A DNA stretch of 64,000 nucleotides from Acidimicrobiia bacterium (GCA_021296415.1 JAGWAL010000001.1:16720-80719); one strand, 5' to 3'; counted from the stretch's first letter, positions 38,842 through 48,525 are shown. Numbers and translations: made by a program. The notes: generated by a model not told the origin, from the sequence alone.

Positions 38842-40079
38842 GCCGGAACCGCTGCCAGGGCCGCACCCGCCCGACGGTCCTCATCCCGGTAGCGCGAGAC
38901 GAGCCAGGTATTGAACTGGGCGAGGACCGACTCCTGCCACGAGTACCGCCCGCGCGGGGCGAAGCGGGACCCCATCCCCCGCTGAACCGCCGTGTTGGTC
39001 GGCAGGTCCTGGTTGTTGAACAACTCCACCCCGTGGATGGCGGCCCCCAGCAGCTCGCCGAACAGGGGCACCTCCAGCGTGGACGGCGGGAAGATGTAGG
39101 CCATCGTGAGGGTGTGGGACGACTCGTTCACCGGTTGCACCGTGAACCAGAACGCCGAGTCCGGCTGGAATCCCATCAGCAGGCTGGGAGGAACGTAGGC
39201 GAACGTCATCCGCCAGCGCTCTTCCTCCGTAAGGGTCGGGATGATCGGAAAGATCGCCTTCTGGGTGGGGTTGAAGCCTCCGTCGGGAACGGTTGCTCCC
39301 ATGAACCCGTACATTGCGCCGTCGCCCTCCTCGAAGGGCGCGTACCAGGCGTTGCGCGACGGCGCGAAGTCATGGATGCCCTTGTGGAGACGATCCGGGT
39401 GATAACCCTCCATGAAGTTCTCGACCATGATCTTCCAGTTGAACGGGAGGTCCGGGACGGTCTCGGGCTCCACCGTGACCATGTCCTCGATGTGGTAGTT
39501 CGCCAGAACCTCGTCGAGTTTGCCCAGGCGGGGAGCCAGCGGCGGCGCCTCCTCGTCGAAGTTGACGAAGACGAATCCCTTCCAGAGTTCCGTCCGCAGC
39601 CGCGGCAACGCGATGCCCGAGCGGGCGAATCCCGTCGTCTGGCCCATCTCGGGTGCACCCACGAGCCTGCCGTCGAGGTCGTAGGTCCACCAGTGGTAGG
39701 GGCAGCGGAAGGTGCGACAGTTGCCGGACGTCTCCGGCGGCAGTTCGAACCACTCCGAGGGCGGCCGTTGCGCGGGCGCGGTGACGCACATGCCCCGGTG
39801 CTGGCAGACCGAGGACATCACGTTGATCTCGTTCTGCGCGCCGCGCACGACGATCAGAGGCTCCCCGGCCACCGTGATCGTGTAGAAGTCCCCCACGTTG
39901 GGGATCTGGTCGCTGCGCCCCACGCAGACCCACTCGTGACCGAAGACGGCCTCCTTCTCGAACGCGAAGAAGTCCGGATCGGCGTACACCGCCGGCGGCA
40001 GGCCGACAGCAGCGGTGAAGTCCTGCGCCGATGCATCCATGCTCTCCAGCGGAATGGGGCAGCGGCAGTGTGTCGACAC
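38838..40079 (-). CDS. Rieske non-heme iron oxygenase alpha subunit (paralog A)
   Basis: The Rieske ligands are CQH...CPYH. The catalytic domain has NWKIMVENFMEGYHPDRLH and the C-terminus has FAPRGRYSWQE. The start could be the Met at 40040. Confidence 0.85.
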   Translation of the reverse strand: MSTHCRCPIPLESMDASAQDFTAAVGLPPAVYADPDFFAFEKEAVFGHEWVCVGRSDQIPNVGDFYTITVAGEPLIVVRGAQNEINVMSSVCQHRGMCVTAPAQRPPSEWFELPPETSGNCRTFRCPYHWWTYDLDGRLVGAPEMGQTTGFARSGIALPRLRTELWKGFVFVNFDEEAPPLAPRLGKLDEVLANYHIEDMVTVEPETVPDLPFNWKIMVENFMEGYHPDRLHKGIHDFAPSRNAWYAPFEEGDGAMYGFMGATVPDGGFNPTQKAIFPIIPTLTEEERWRMTFAYVPPSLLMGFQPDSAFWFTVQPVNESSHTLTMAYIFPPSTLEVPLFGELLGAAIHGVELFNNQDLPTNTAVQRGMGSRFAPRGRYSWQESVLAQFNTWLVSRYRDEDRRAGAALAAVPA

Positions 40080-40154
40080 GAGGCACCTCCAGGTCGTTCG
40101 AAGACTTCACGTTAGTGCGCGCCACGGGAGCGGTTCCAAGGCGCTCCGCAATCG

Positions 40155-40687
40155 CTACGACGACCGAGCTCGCCTTCCATGTTCGGCAGCGATCGAGCGA
40201 GTCGCGGTCCCGAGCAGCGGCGGCGTCGGCCAGGATCGGGCGACCTGGAACGCCTTGGCGACGGCGAGCACCGTCTCGTCCGCGAAGCGCCGCCCGACGA
40301 TCTGACCGCCGGTTGGCAGGCCGTCGGAGCTGAACCCCGTCGGCACCGAGATCACGGGGCAGGAGGGCACGAGGTTGAAGGGCGAGGTCATCTCCAGACC
40401 GTCGAAGGAGCCATCGGGCCCCGTCCTGCCGTAGTCCGAGTCCTCGACTCCCTCGGCGGGCGGGACAGGAAGGGAACCCCGCGCAAGGGTTCCGTCCCGC
40501 CCCGCTGCGACGTGGTCGGCGTGCCCGCTGCCCGGCGCGCCGCCGAGCGTGCCTCACTGCCGTACACGAAGCACAGCAGGTTGAGCGCTGGGTTGAGCAG
40601 GTCGATGCGCTCGAGATGGGCCTCCACCACATCGACGACCGTGACCTGACCCCCCTCCAGGGCCTCGGTGAGCGACGCAACCGACAT
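40155..40687 (-). pseudogene. Amidase-signature family gene relic (internal deletion plus frameshift)
   Basis: An N-terminal amidase-like stretch (MSVASLTEALEGGQVTVVDVVEAHLERIDLLNPALN...EPLRGVPFLS) is in one frame. An amidase C-terminus (FDGLEMTSPFNLVPSCPVISVPTGFSSDGLPTGGQIVGRRFADETVLAVAKAF) follows in another frame. The total is about 530 nt instead of about 1.4 kb, and the catalytic Ser-Ser-Lys core is missing. Confidence 0.65.
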
Positions 40688-40728
40688 CGAGCAGAGCTCG
40701 TCGGCGCGCCCCCGATCGGACTCGCCCG

Positions 40729-41892
40729 TCAAGATGGGCCGTGGGGGACTTCGCTGAGCAAGCGGAGGCCGTCGTCTGTCACGAGGAAGTTGTCCTCGAT
40801 CTTCAGCACGACGGATTCGCCGCCGATCTCGACGAACGTCTCCGGCTCCAGCGCGATCGTGGCGCCGGAGACGAGCGGCACGTCCGCGCTCATCAGATCG
40901 GGCCGATACATCGTCGGCCACTCGCAGGCTCGGAGCCCGATGCCGTGGCCGACCGCGTAGGGGGTGCGCGGATAGCCGTGCCCGCGCAGAACGGCGTTGG
41001 CAGCCTCGTGGATCCTCGATGAGCTCACGCCGGGACGGCAGAGATCCTGGGCTGCGCCGTAAGCCTCCAGGAGCACTTCGTAGCCCTTGACAACCTCGGG
41101 ATGGGGATCTCCCACGAAGGCGGTTCGGCAGATGTCGGACGCGTATCCCCCTTGTCCATAGGCACCGATGTCGAAGAAGAAGGCGTCGCCATGCCGCAAC
41201 TCCGCGCCGTTGGCGAACCAATTCCCGGTCGGTTGCCGGACGTTGCACACGGAATGCGTGAGATATTCCACGCCTTGGCGCTGCAACGACTCCATCGCCA
41301 CCGCCAAGACCTCGAAGTCCCGCATTCCGGGTGCAAGCGCCTCGATCGCTTCGGATGCCGCTATCGCATTGACGCGGCTTACCGCCTCGAGCAGTTCGAC
41401 CTCGGCTGGATGCTTCTCGACCCGGACCTCGAACATCTCGAGGGCGACGTCGAAGAATTCCACGTTCGGCAGCCGCTCCCGCAGGGCCTCGAACACCTGC
41501 CACGCGCACGTGTCCACCCCCACCCGGCGGGCGCCGGCGCGTTCGATCTGCTCGGCGAGCACGCGGGCCCACTCGGCCACGTGCATCGTGCTTGCCGACC
41601 ATGAGGGCGCCGGAACCCAGGCGCTGACGTTGGGCAGGTTCGGCAGGGGCTCGAAGACTTCCTCATCCACGAACGGCACGAAGATCAAGCTCCGGCCATC
41701 ACGGTCCACGAGTGTGGCGAACCAGTCGTGGTTCTCCGAGATCGTCATGACGCGGTAGTCCGTCACATAGCGGATGTTGTCGAAGGCCGTGAACAGCACG
41801 TGATCCAGCGCTTTGGCAGCCATCAGCGACCGGGTCCGCGCCAGCCGGTCGGCGCGCAGTGAGAGCCAGTCGATGCTCGGCCAGTCGTACAC
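40729..41892 (-). CDS. M24 family metallohydrolase (creatinase/Xaa-Pro peptidase fold)
   Basis: The N-terminus is creatinase-like. The pita-bread domain has FFFDIGAYGQGGYASDICRT, VGHGIGL, IALEPE and LKIEDN. Confidence 0.8.
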   Translation of the reverse strand: MYDWPSIDWLSLRADRLARTRSLMAAKALDHVLFTAFDNIRYVTDYRVMTISENHDWFATLVDRDGRSLIFVPFVDEEVFEPLPNLPNVSAWVPAPSWSASTMHVAEWARVLAEQIERAGARRVGVDTCAWQVFEALRERLPNVEFFDVALEMFEVRVEKHPAEVELLEAVSRVNAIAASEAIEALAPGMRDFEVLAVAMESLQRQGVEYLTHSVCNVRQPTGNWFANGAELRHGDAFFFDIGAYGQGGYASDICRTAFVGDPHPEVVKGYEVLLEAYGAAQDLCRPGVSSSRIHEAANAVLRGHGYPRTPYAVGHGIGLRACEWPTMYRPDLMSADVPLVSGATIALEPETFVEIGGESVVLKIEDNFLVTDDGLRLLSEVPHGPS

Positions 41893-41901
41893 GTGCGGGT
41901 C

Positions 41902-43131
41902 TCAGTCCAAGAGTGCCTTCGAGTACCGGCGAATGAGCCAGCGGTTGAAATGCGAAATGGGTTGCTCCTGCCAGCACAGCCGGCCTCTGGGCGCGAAGTC
42001 CGATCGCAAGCCGCGCTGAATCGACGAGACCGCGCCGAAGTCCTGCTCGTTGAAGTACTCGATGCCGAGCGCGGCAACTGCTTCGAGGTGGTGGAACCGG
42101 GGATGCTCCGGATACTCCCGGGGGTACAGCCCTGCCACCTTGATATCGAGCCGGTCGACCGCCGTCGGATTCATGAGGAAGTAGAACGCCGAGTCGGAGT
42201 TGACGCCGAAGGCCAGTGTCGGCGGCACCAGGAAGAACACGGCCAACGCCCGTTCCTCTTCAGTGAGCGTGGCAATCGGCGGGAACAGGGCCTTGAAAGT
42301 CGGGTTGAATCCGAAATCGGCGTGCGTGGTCTTCCCGGCGCCGATGACCGTGGCGCCGGATGGATCGAAGTCATCGCGCCACTCGTAGCTGTTGCTCCGC
42401 GAGAACTCGCAGATCGGATGGTGCAAGCGGTCGGAGTGGTAGAACTCCACGAAGTTCTCGACCATGACCTTCCAGTTCCAAGGGAGATCCTGGAGGAGTT
42501 CGGCCTCGCCGGGGACCATGTCGGCGATGTTCCAGTTCGTGATCATCTCGTCGACCGCTTCGAGCTTGGGCGCCAGCGGAGCGGCGTCGCGGTCGAAATT
42601 GGCGAATATGAAGTTGTTCCAGACCTCGACCCGGAGGTTGGGCAGGCGGTTGTCCTCGCGCCGGAACCCCTTGGTCCGCTGCATGTCGGGCGCGCCGATG
42701 AGGTCGCCCTCCAGGTTGTAGGTCCAGTAGTGGTACGGGCAGCGAAAGGCGTGCCCGCAGTTGCCCGAAGTCTCGGCGGGCCGACTGTCCCACCACTTCT
42801 CGCGAGGCTTCGGGATCTGATCGGTGATCACCATGGCGCGGTGCCGGCAAACGGATGACATGACCCGGACCTGGCCGTCCTTGCCGCGCACCGCCAGGAG
42901 CGGCTCGTCCGCGATGGTCGCGGTGAAGTAGTCGCCCGCATCCGGGATCTCGTCGGCCCGCCCGAGACACACCCACTCCTTCTTGAAGAGGGCGCCCTTC
43001 TCGAACTCGAAGAACTCCGGGCTCGTGTAGCACTTGGCCGGCAGCATGACCGCCTCGTCGACCTCTTTGTCCGAGGCCTCCAGGTCGCTCGCCAGGATGC
43101 GGCGCACCAGCGGTGTTGTCGGGATGGCCAT
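41902..43131 (-). CDS. Rieske non-heme iron oxygenase alpha subunit (paralog B)
   Basis: The Rieske ligands are CRH...CPYH. NWKVMVENFVEFYHSDRLH and FAPRGRLCWQE are present. It is colinear with paralog A. Confidence 0.85.
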   Translation of the reverse strand: MAIPTTPLVRRILASDLEASDKEVDEAVMLPAKCYTSPEFFEFEKGALFKKEWVCLGRADEIPDAGDYFTATIADEPLLAVRGKDGQVRVMSSVCRHRAMVITDQIPKPREKWWDSRPAETSGNCGHAFRCPYHYWTYNLEGDLIGAPDMQRTKGFRREDNRLPNLRVEVWNNFIFANFDRDAAPLAPKLEAVDEMITNWNIADMVPGEAELLQDLPWNWKVMVENFVEFYHSDRLHHPICEFSRSNSYEWRDDFDPSGATVIGAGKTTHADFGFNPTFKALFPPIATLTEEERALAVFFLVPPTLAFGVNSDSAFYFLMNPTAVDRLDIKVAGLYPREYPEHPRFHHLEAVAALGIEYFNEQDFGAVSSIQRGLRSDFAPRGRLCWQEQPISHFNRWLIRRYSKALLD

Positions 43132-43217
43132 ACCTGAGACGCCTTTCGGACGGGGCCCGGATCGCTCGACGGCGTCGCCGTCCCCCCCGAGATTCCAGTT
43201 CCGTGCCTGCTGTTGGG

Positions 43218-43246
43218 AACGTAGCGCCGATGCATATGAGGGTCAA
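43218..43246 (-). promoter_or_regulatory. Candidate promoter TTGACC-17 nt-TACGTT upstream of Rieske paralog B
   Basis: Read on the minus strand: -35 at 43246..43241 and -10 at 43223..43218. It lies in the 160-nt gap after the ABC permease gene. This is a sequence match only. Confidence 0.3.
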
Positions 43247-43291
43247 GGTGCCGGGATGGCGCCACCACCGGGAACGGGGCGACCCGAACGG

Positions 43292-44200
43292 TCACGCCTT
43301 CCCCGGCGCGAAGGTGCGGCCGAGGGCCGCCGGCTGCCGCTTGCCGCGCGCGAACAGGAGCATGGCCAGGAGGGCAAGCAGGTACGGCGCCGAGATCAGC
43401 ACCTGGGGCGTGATCGTCACGCCGATGGCCGGGAGCGCCAGCCGCAGCGCGTCGGCCCAGGCGAACAGGAGGCAGCCCAGAACAGTGCCCCTGATCGTCC
43501 ATCCGCCGAAGATGACGGCCGCGATCGCTATGAAACCCCGGCCTGCGGTCATGTTGGGCGTGAATGCGCCGATCACGCCGACCGACAGGTAGGCCCCGCC
43601 CAGCCCGGCCAACGCACCACACAGGTAGATCGCCTGCCGCCTCCGCCTGTTGACCGGGATGCCGGTGATGGTCGACGAGTCCGGATCCTCGCCCGCGGCG
43701 CGAATCTCGAGTCCCCAACGGCTCCGCCACAGCACCCACCAGATCAAGGGAATCAGGGCGTAGAGCAAGAAGAAGGGCGGCTTCTGCTCGAAGAGCGCCT
43801 GGCCCACGAGCGGGATCTCGGAGAGAACCGGGATCGACCACGTGCCGAACTGCAGAGGGATCATGTCGATCGATGCGAGCAGAAAGCTCGTACTGCCCAG
43901 AACGAGGATGTTGAGCGCCAGTCCCACGACGAACTGGTTGATCGTGAAGCGGTGGCTCAGGAGCGCCTGCACGACGGCCACCACCAATCCCACGGCGATG
44001 CCGATGAGCAGCCCGAGGACCGGCGAGCCGGTCACGGAACTTCCGAGCGCCCCGCCGAAGGCGCTGCCGAGCATCATCGCCTCGACGGAGATGTTCAGCG
44101 TCCCGGCCCGTTCTGCGACCATCTCACCCAGCGCCACGAAGAGGAGCGGCGCCGCCAGGCGCGAGGCGCTGTCGAGAATGATCGTGATGTCCTGGATCAT
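43292..44200 (-). CDS. ABC transporter permease (BMP/simple-sugar type)
   Basis: The 302-aa product is polytopic. MIQDITIILDSASRLAAPLLFVALGEMVAERAGTLNISVE is typical of this permease family. Confidence 0.85.
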   Translation of the reverse strand: MIQDITIILDSASRLAAPLLFVALGEMVAERAGTLNISVEAMMLGSAFGGALGSSVTGSPVLGLLIGIAVGLVVAVVQALLSHRFTINQFVVGLALNILVLGSTSFLLASIDMIPLQFGTWSIPVLSEIPLVGQALFEQKPPFFLLYALIPLIWWVLWRSRWGLEIRAAGEDPDSSTITGIPVNRRRRQAIYLCGALAGLGGAYLSVGVIGAFTPNMTAGRGFIAIAAVIFGGWTIRGTVLGCLLFAWADALRLALPAIGVTITPQVLISAPYLLALLAMLLFARGKRQPAALGRTFAPGKA

Positions 44201-44270
44201 CCCGGCCCCTCGGATCGCATCGGGGCACCGGCGCCGCGAGGCACTTGCTGCGGGAGGGGGACCACGGGAG

Positions 44271-45431
44271 TCACGCCCGGTCGCGGATCGCCCGCGCCTG
44301 GCGCTGGCGGCTCCGGTAGATCATGTACAGCGAGGGCAGGGTGACGGCAATGACGATCAGAGCCTGGACGATGCCGACCAGGGCCTGATCGACGCCGGTC
44401 GCGGCGAGCACACCGCCGCCGGCGCGCAGTGCGCCGTAGAGAAAGGCAACCGGGATCGCGTACAGGGGACCGAAGCCGGCAACGAGCCCCACGAGCAGGC
44501 CTTCCCAGCCGTAGTTGTTGGCGAAACCGGTCCGGATGCGCATGACGTGACCGCTGAGGAGCACGCCGCCGGCGAGCCCCGCCATAGCCCCCGAGAGCAG
44601 AAGGGCGCTCCCTCCGATCACCCAGGGCCGCACGCCGAAGCGGCTTGCGGCCCGCGGGTTGAACCCGAACATGCGCAGCCGGAATCCCCAGCGCAGGCGC
44701 GCGATCGCGAACGCGGCGCCGGCGGCCACCACGATCGCGATAACGATGCCGAATTGGAGCCGGAATCCCTCGCCCGACGCCAGGAATGGCAGTTGAGCGG
44801 TGTCGGGCAGGCGGTCCGACTGTGGGTTGAGGGAAACGTATGCGGCTTCGCTGGGCGATTCCTGGAGAAGCCACGACCGATTCACCGCGAACGAAATAAC
44901 CTCGAAAGCAACGAAGTTGAGCAGGAGTGTCGTGATGACCTCGCTGATGCCACGGCCGTACTTGAAGGCCGCGGCCACCGCCGCCCAGACCGCCCCTCCT
45001 ATCACGCTGGCCGCCAGGATCACGGGGATCGCCACGAATCCCGGTGCCGGCAGGGCCAAACCCACCGCGGCACCGAACATTGCGCCGAACGCCAACTGTC
45101 CCTCGAGGCCGATGTTGATCAGGCTGGCCCGGCCGGCGATGCAGGCTCCGACTGCGACGATGAGCAGCGGGATCATGTGGTTGATCGTCGTCACCAACGC
45201 CGAGGCCGAGCCCACGCTGCCTCGGATCATTGCCGAGAACACGGTCCCCGGGCTGTTGCCCGTGAACTCCAGGAACAGCGAGGCGATCAGGAGCGCCACC
45301 ACGATCGAGACGACCAGGAGGACGGGGAAGACCAGCTTGTCGCGAAGGGGAACGCTGCTCGCCGTCTCCTCCCGGTCGGGCAGCTCCTCCTCCCGGGGCG
45401 CTGCTTCCCGGCCGGCCGGGTCGGGGTTCAC
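44271..45431 (-). CDS. ABC transporter permease (BMP/simple-sugar type)
   Basis: The GTG at 45431 overlaps the ATPase stop (GTGA). The product is polytopic and has LINIGLEGQLAFGAM. Confidence 0.8.
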   Translation of the reverse strand: MNPDPAGREAAPREEELPDREETASSVPLRDKLVFPVLLVVSIVVALLIASLFLEFTGNSPGTVFSAMIRGSVGSASALVTTINHMIPLLIVAVGACIAGRASLINIGLEGQLAFGAMFGAAVGLALPAPGFVAIPVILAASVIGGAVWAAVAAAFKYGRGISEVITTLLLNFVAFEVISFAVNRSWLLQESPSEAAYVSLNPQSDRLPDTAQLPFLASGEGFRLQFGIVIAIVVAAGAAFAIARLRWGFRLRMFGFNPRAASRFGVRPWVIGGSALLLSGAMAGLAGGVLLSGHVMRIRTGFANNYGWEGLLVGLVAGFGPLYAIPVAFLYGALRAGGGVLAATGVDQALVGIVQALIVIAVTLPSLYMIYRSRQRQARAIRDRA

Positions 45432-47134
45432 GCCGCCTGGCCTCCCATCATGAGCCCGAGCCTCTCGTGATCCACCGCGGCACTGTCCATGCTCCCGACG
45501 ATGGTGCCGCGGTGGATCACGTCGATCCGGTCGGCCAGGGCGAGGATCTCGTCCAACTCGGTGGAGATGAGCAGCACGGCCGTCCCGTCGCGCGCCACGT
45601 TGCTCAGCCGGGCCCACATGTCCTCGATGGCGCCGACGTCGAGCCCCTGGGTGGGTTGCGCGGCCAGCAGGACAGCGGGGTTTCGCGACAGTTCCCGAGC
45701 CAGCACGACACGCTGCTGGTTCCCACCCGAGAGCGACCACATGGGCGCGTCCATGCTTGCCGCGGTGATGTCGAACTGCCGGACGAGCTGGCGTGCTCGC
45801 CTGCGCACGAGCCGGGGAATGATGACCCCCCGTCGCATCACGCGGTCCAGCTGGTTCAGCACCAGGTTCTCTGCGACGGTCATGTCGAGGACGCTCCCGG
45901 ACTCGCGCCGGTCCGATGGGATCACGCCGATCGTTGAGTGCGGGTCGGGGCGGCCGAGCGGGATCTCACGTCCGGAGACCATGACCCGGCCCGCCTCGGG
46001 AGCCAGCAGGCCCGACAGCAGTTCCACGAGCGCATCCTGCCCGTTGCCCTCCACGCCGGCCACGCCGAGGATCTCGCCCCTACCGACGCGGAGGGACAGG
46101 CCCTCCAGGAGCCTGCGCCCGTCGGGACCGCGTGCGCTCAGGTTCTCCACTTGCAGCGCCACGGCTTCCTCGGCGTCCGACGGCGCGGCAGATGCTGCGG
46201 CCCTGTCGGCAGGCTCGGCGGGCCCCTCGTGGGTCCCGCCCGGATCCCGCCGCTCCTGGACCGCCACGAGCCCGATCGCCGCACCCTCGTCCTCGAGCGA
46301 CGCTTCGCGACCCAGCATCTCGTTGGCCAGGGATGCCGCCGTCGCAGTGCCGGTCGCAATGGTCGAGATGGCGCGACCGTCCCGGAGGACTGTGACCCGA
46401 TCGGTGGCGCGGAGGATCTCCTCGAGGCGATGGCTGATGAGCACGACCGCGCACCCTCTCCGGTTGACCATCTCGCGCAACACGTCGAACAGCACTCGCG
46501 ATTCCTGGGACGTCAGGACCGACGTCGGTTCGTCGAGGATGATCAGCCTGGGATCCTGCCGCAGGCACTTGATGATCTCGACGCGCTGGCGCTGAGCGGG
46601 ACTGAGGTCCTCCACCCGCGCACGGGGATCGATCGGGAGTCCGTAGCGCTCGCCGATCTCGACGACCCGGTCGATCGCCTCCGCGGACCGGATCCGACCT
46701 CGCTCTCCGAGTGCCACGTTCTCCCACACTGTCAGCGCTCTGACGAGGCTGAAGTGCTGGTGGACCATCCCGATGCCCGCTTCCAGCGCAGCGATCGGGT
46801 CGCCGGGCGGGAGTTGGCTTCCGTCGAGCAGGACCCGGCCACCGTCGGGACGCACCACTCCCGACACCATCTTCATGAGGGTGGACTTTCCTGCGCCGTT
46901 CTGGCCGAGCAGCCCGCGAATCTCGCCCGCGTCGACCGCGAGCGAGACTGCGTCACAGGCGACGATCCTGCCGTAGACCTTCGTCGCCCTCTCGACGGTC
47001 AGAAGCGCGCGCGGCTCCCGGGCGGAGGCGTTGGGGGATTGCTCCGGCTCCGACCGCCCCGGCTCGTGCTGATCGGGCTCGGCCTGCGCCTCCTCCGGAG
47101 CCTCGTCGCCGGGATTTGCGGGTTCAGGCGGCAA
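45428..47134 (-). CDS. ABC transporter ATP-binding protein, duplicated ATPase
   Basis: Walker A is GQNGAGKST. Signature motifs are LSPAQRQRVEI and LSGGNQQRVVLAR. A second nucleotide-binding domain is present. Confidence 0.9.
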   Translation of the reverse strand: MPPEPANPGDEAPEEAQAEPDQHEPGRSEPEQSPNASAREPRALLTVERATKVYGRIVACDAVSLAVDAGEIRGLLGQNGAGKSTLMKMVSGVVRPDGGRVLLDGSQLPPGDPIAALEAGIGMVHQHFSLVRALTVWENVALGERGRIRSAEAIDRVVEIGERYGLPIDPRARVEDLSPAQRQRVEIIKCLRQDPRLIILDEPTSVLTSQESRVLFDVLREMVNRRGCAVVLISHRLEEILRATDRVTVLRDGRAISTIATGTATAASLANEMLGREASLEDEGAAIGLVAVQERRDPGGTHEGPAEPADRAAASAAPSDAEEAVALQVENLSARGPDGRRLLEGLSLRVGRGEILGVAGVEGNGQDALVELLSGLLAPEAGRVMVSGREIPLGRPDPHSTIGVIPSDRRESGSVLDMTVAENLVLNQLDRVMRRGVIIPRLVRRRARQLVRQFDITAASMDAPMWSLSGGNQQRVVLARELSRNPAVLLAAQPTQGLDVGAIEDMWARLSNVARDGTAVLLISTELDEILALADRIDVIHRGTIVGSMDSAAVDHERLGLMMGGQAA

Positions 47135-47137
47135 TCA

Positions 47138-48304
47138 TCATCCCCCGCCGGCGATCGCTTCGAAGTCGATCTCGCCTGCTGCGATCTGCGCCGCGATGTC
47201 GTCGAGCACCTGCTGTTCCTCGGGACTCGCGTCGCAGATCACCGCGCCGACCCCGGCATCGTCGGCGACGCCGAGCAGACCGAGGGAGTCGCCGTTCGCC
47301 AGGTCGCCCGAGGCGATCGAATCGAATACCTGGTTGATCCACGTCGCCGGGTTGAAGGTGATCCCCATGGCGAAGTCAGCGGTCGGGTCACCACAGCGGT
47401 TCACGGACGTGGCGACCACGTGGATCCCAGCGTTGTTGCCCGCTCTCACCACGGCGCTGAGCGCGCCGCCCAGATACGGATAGATGACGCTGCATCCCTG
47501 GTCGATCTGCGCCTGCGCCGCCTCCTGCGCCAGCGCCGCGTTCTCGAAGTCGCCGGTGAACGTGACCCGGAGCTCGTAGTCCGGATTGTGGTCTCGGAGC
47601 CCGGCCGCCAGGTGGGCGGCGGCGTTCTGGACGAAGTCCAACTCGGGGCCGGCGATGTCGCAGGCGATCGTGTCATCCTCGCTGCGGTCGAGCAGCAGCC
47701 CCATGGCAATGCCGCCGATGTAGTGCGCCTCCGCCTCGTTGGAGTCGCCGGTCGCGAAGCACGGTTCGGGGGGCGGGAACGGAGCCACCAGGAACCAGCT
47801 GATCCGGTCGAACTCGCCGGAACAGGCAACGGGGATGAACCCGTCGGTGAGCTCTGCGCCTCCGCCGACGATGATGTCGGGCCCTTGGCGGGCAAGGTTC
47901 TGGAACGCTTCCTGCGCAGCACCGGGATTCACCTGGTCCACGACGATGAAGTCCCAACCGTGGACCTCGGCCGCCGCCCTGGCGGCGTCAATCTGACCCT
48001 GGTAGAACCCGCCGTCCTGGCTGTCGCCGGCCACGACGTAACCGAGAGTCAAGGGTTCGGCGTCATCCATGGGCTCTTCATCATCCATGGACTCTGCTTC
48101 AACCATGGGCTCTGCTTCAACCATGGGCTCCGCTTCGTCCATGGGCTCCGCTTCAACCATCGGCTCATCAGCGACAGCAGGCTCGTCGCCGACAGCAGGC
48201 TGGGCGCCGTCATCCGCGTCGTCGCTCGAGCACCCGGCAGCCAGCAGGGCGAAGACTGCCAGCAGCACCATGATTGGCGTGATGATTGCTCTTGACCTGG
48301 TCAC
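47138..48304 (-). CDS. BMP-family (PnrA/Med-like) ABC substrate-binding lipoprotein
   Basis: The GTG at 48304 is preceded by AAGGGGA. The signal peptide has the lipobox LLAAGCSS. An acidic repeat linker is followed by a BMP-type body (LGYVVAGDSQDGGFYQG...). Confidence 0.8.
   Translation of the reverse strand: MTRSRAIITPIMVLLAVFALLAAGCSSDDADDGAQPAVGDEPAVADEPMVEAEPMDEAEPMVEAEPMVEAESMDDEEPMDDAEPLTLGYVVAGDSQDGGFYQGQIDAARAAAEVHGWDFIVVDQVNPGAAQEAFQNLARQGPDIIVGGGAELTDGFIPVACSGEFDRISWFLVAPFPPPEPCFATGDSNEAEAHYIGGIAMGLLLDRSEDDTIACDIAGPELDFVQNAAAHLAAGLRDHNPDYELRVTFTGDFENAALAQEAAQAQIDQGCSVIYPYLGGALSAVVRAGNNAGIHVVATSVNRCGDPTADFAMGITFNPATWINQVFDSIASGDLANGDSLGLLGVADDAGVGAVICDASPEEQQVLDDIAAQIAAGEIDFEAIAGGG
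48063..48206. repeat. In-frame tandem 18-nt repeat (6 good + 2 degenerate copies) inside the SBP linker
   Basis: The units are TCA(A/T)CCATGGGCTC(T/C)GCT-like on the plus strand. They encode (D/E)(E/A)P(M/A)(V/D)(E/A) hexapeptides: ...GDEPAVADEPMVEAEPMDEAEPMVEAEPMVEAESMDDEEPMDDAEP. Confidence 0.7.
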
Positions 48305-48525
48305 GTGATCCCCTTGTTGCTGCTTGCGATTCCTTGGGCGTTCCCTCACGGACATTAGCCGAGTCTCCTCGATTGTTGCCGCTTGGGAACTGCGACGCCG
48401 CGCCGTCCGCCGGAGGAACCTGGCGGCTGTCCGGTCGCGCCGAACGTCCGCGGCGGCTGGACTGCAGGCGGAGAGTCCGCCGGCCGTTCGCGGGCGGTTG
48501 GGCAATGCCGCGGGACCCGGGACGA

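Noticed and set aside
48063-48206. Regularly spaced short repeats as a possible CRISPR array
   Set aside because: The units are contiguous 18-nt tandem copies without spacers. They are in frame inside a lipoprotein gene, and no cas genes are present.
48305-48525. The 220-nt untranslated gap upstream of the BMP-family transporter genes, as a possible riboswitch (guanidine or purine classes considered)
   Set aside because: I could not match any conserved riboswitch core by eye. A covariance-model (Rfam) scan would be needed.
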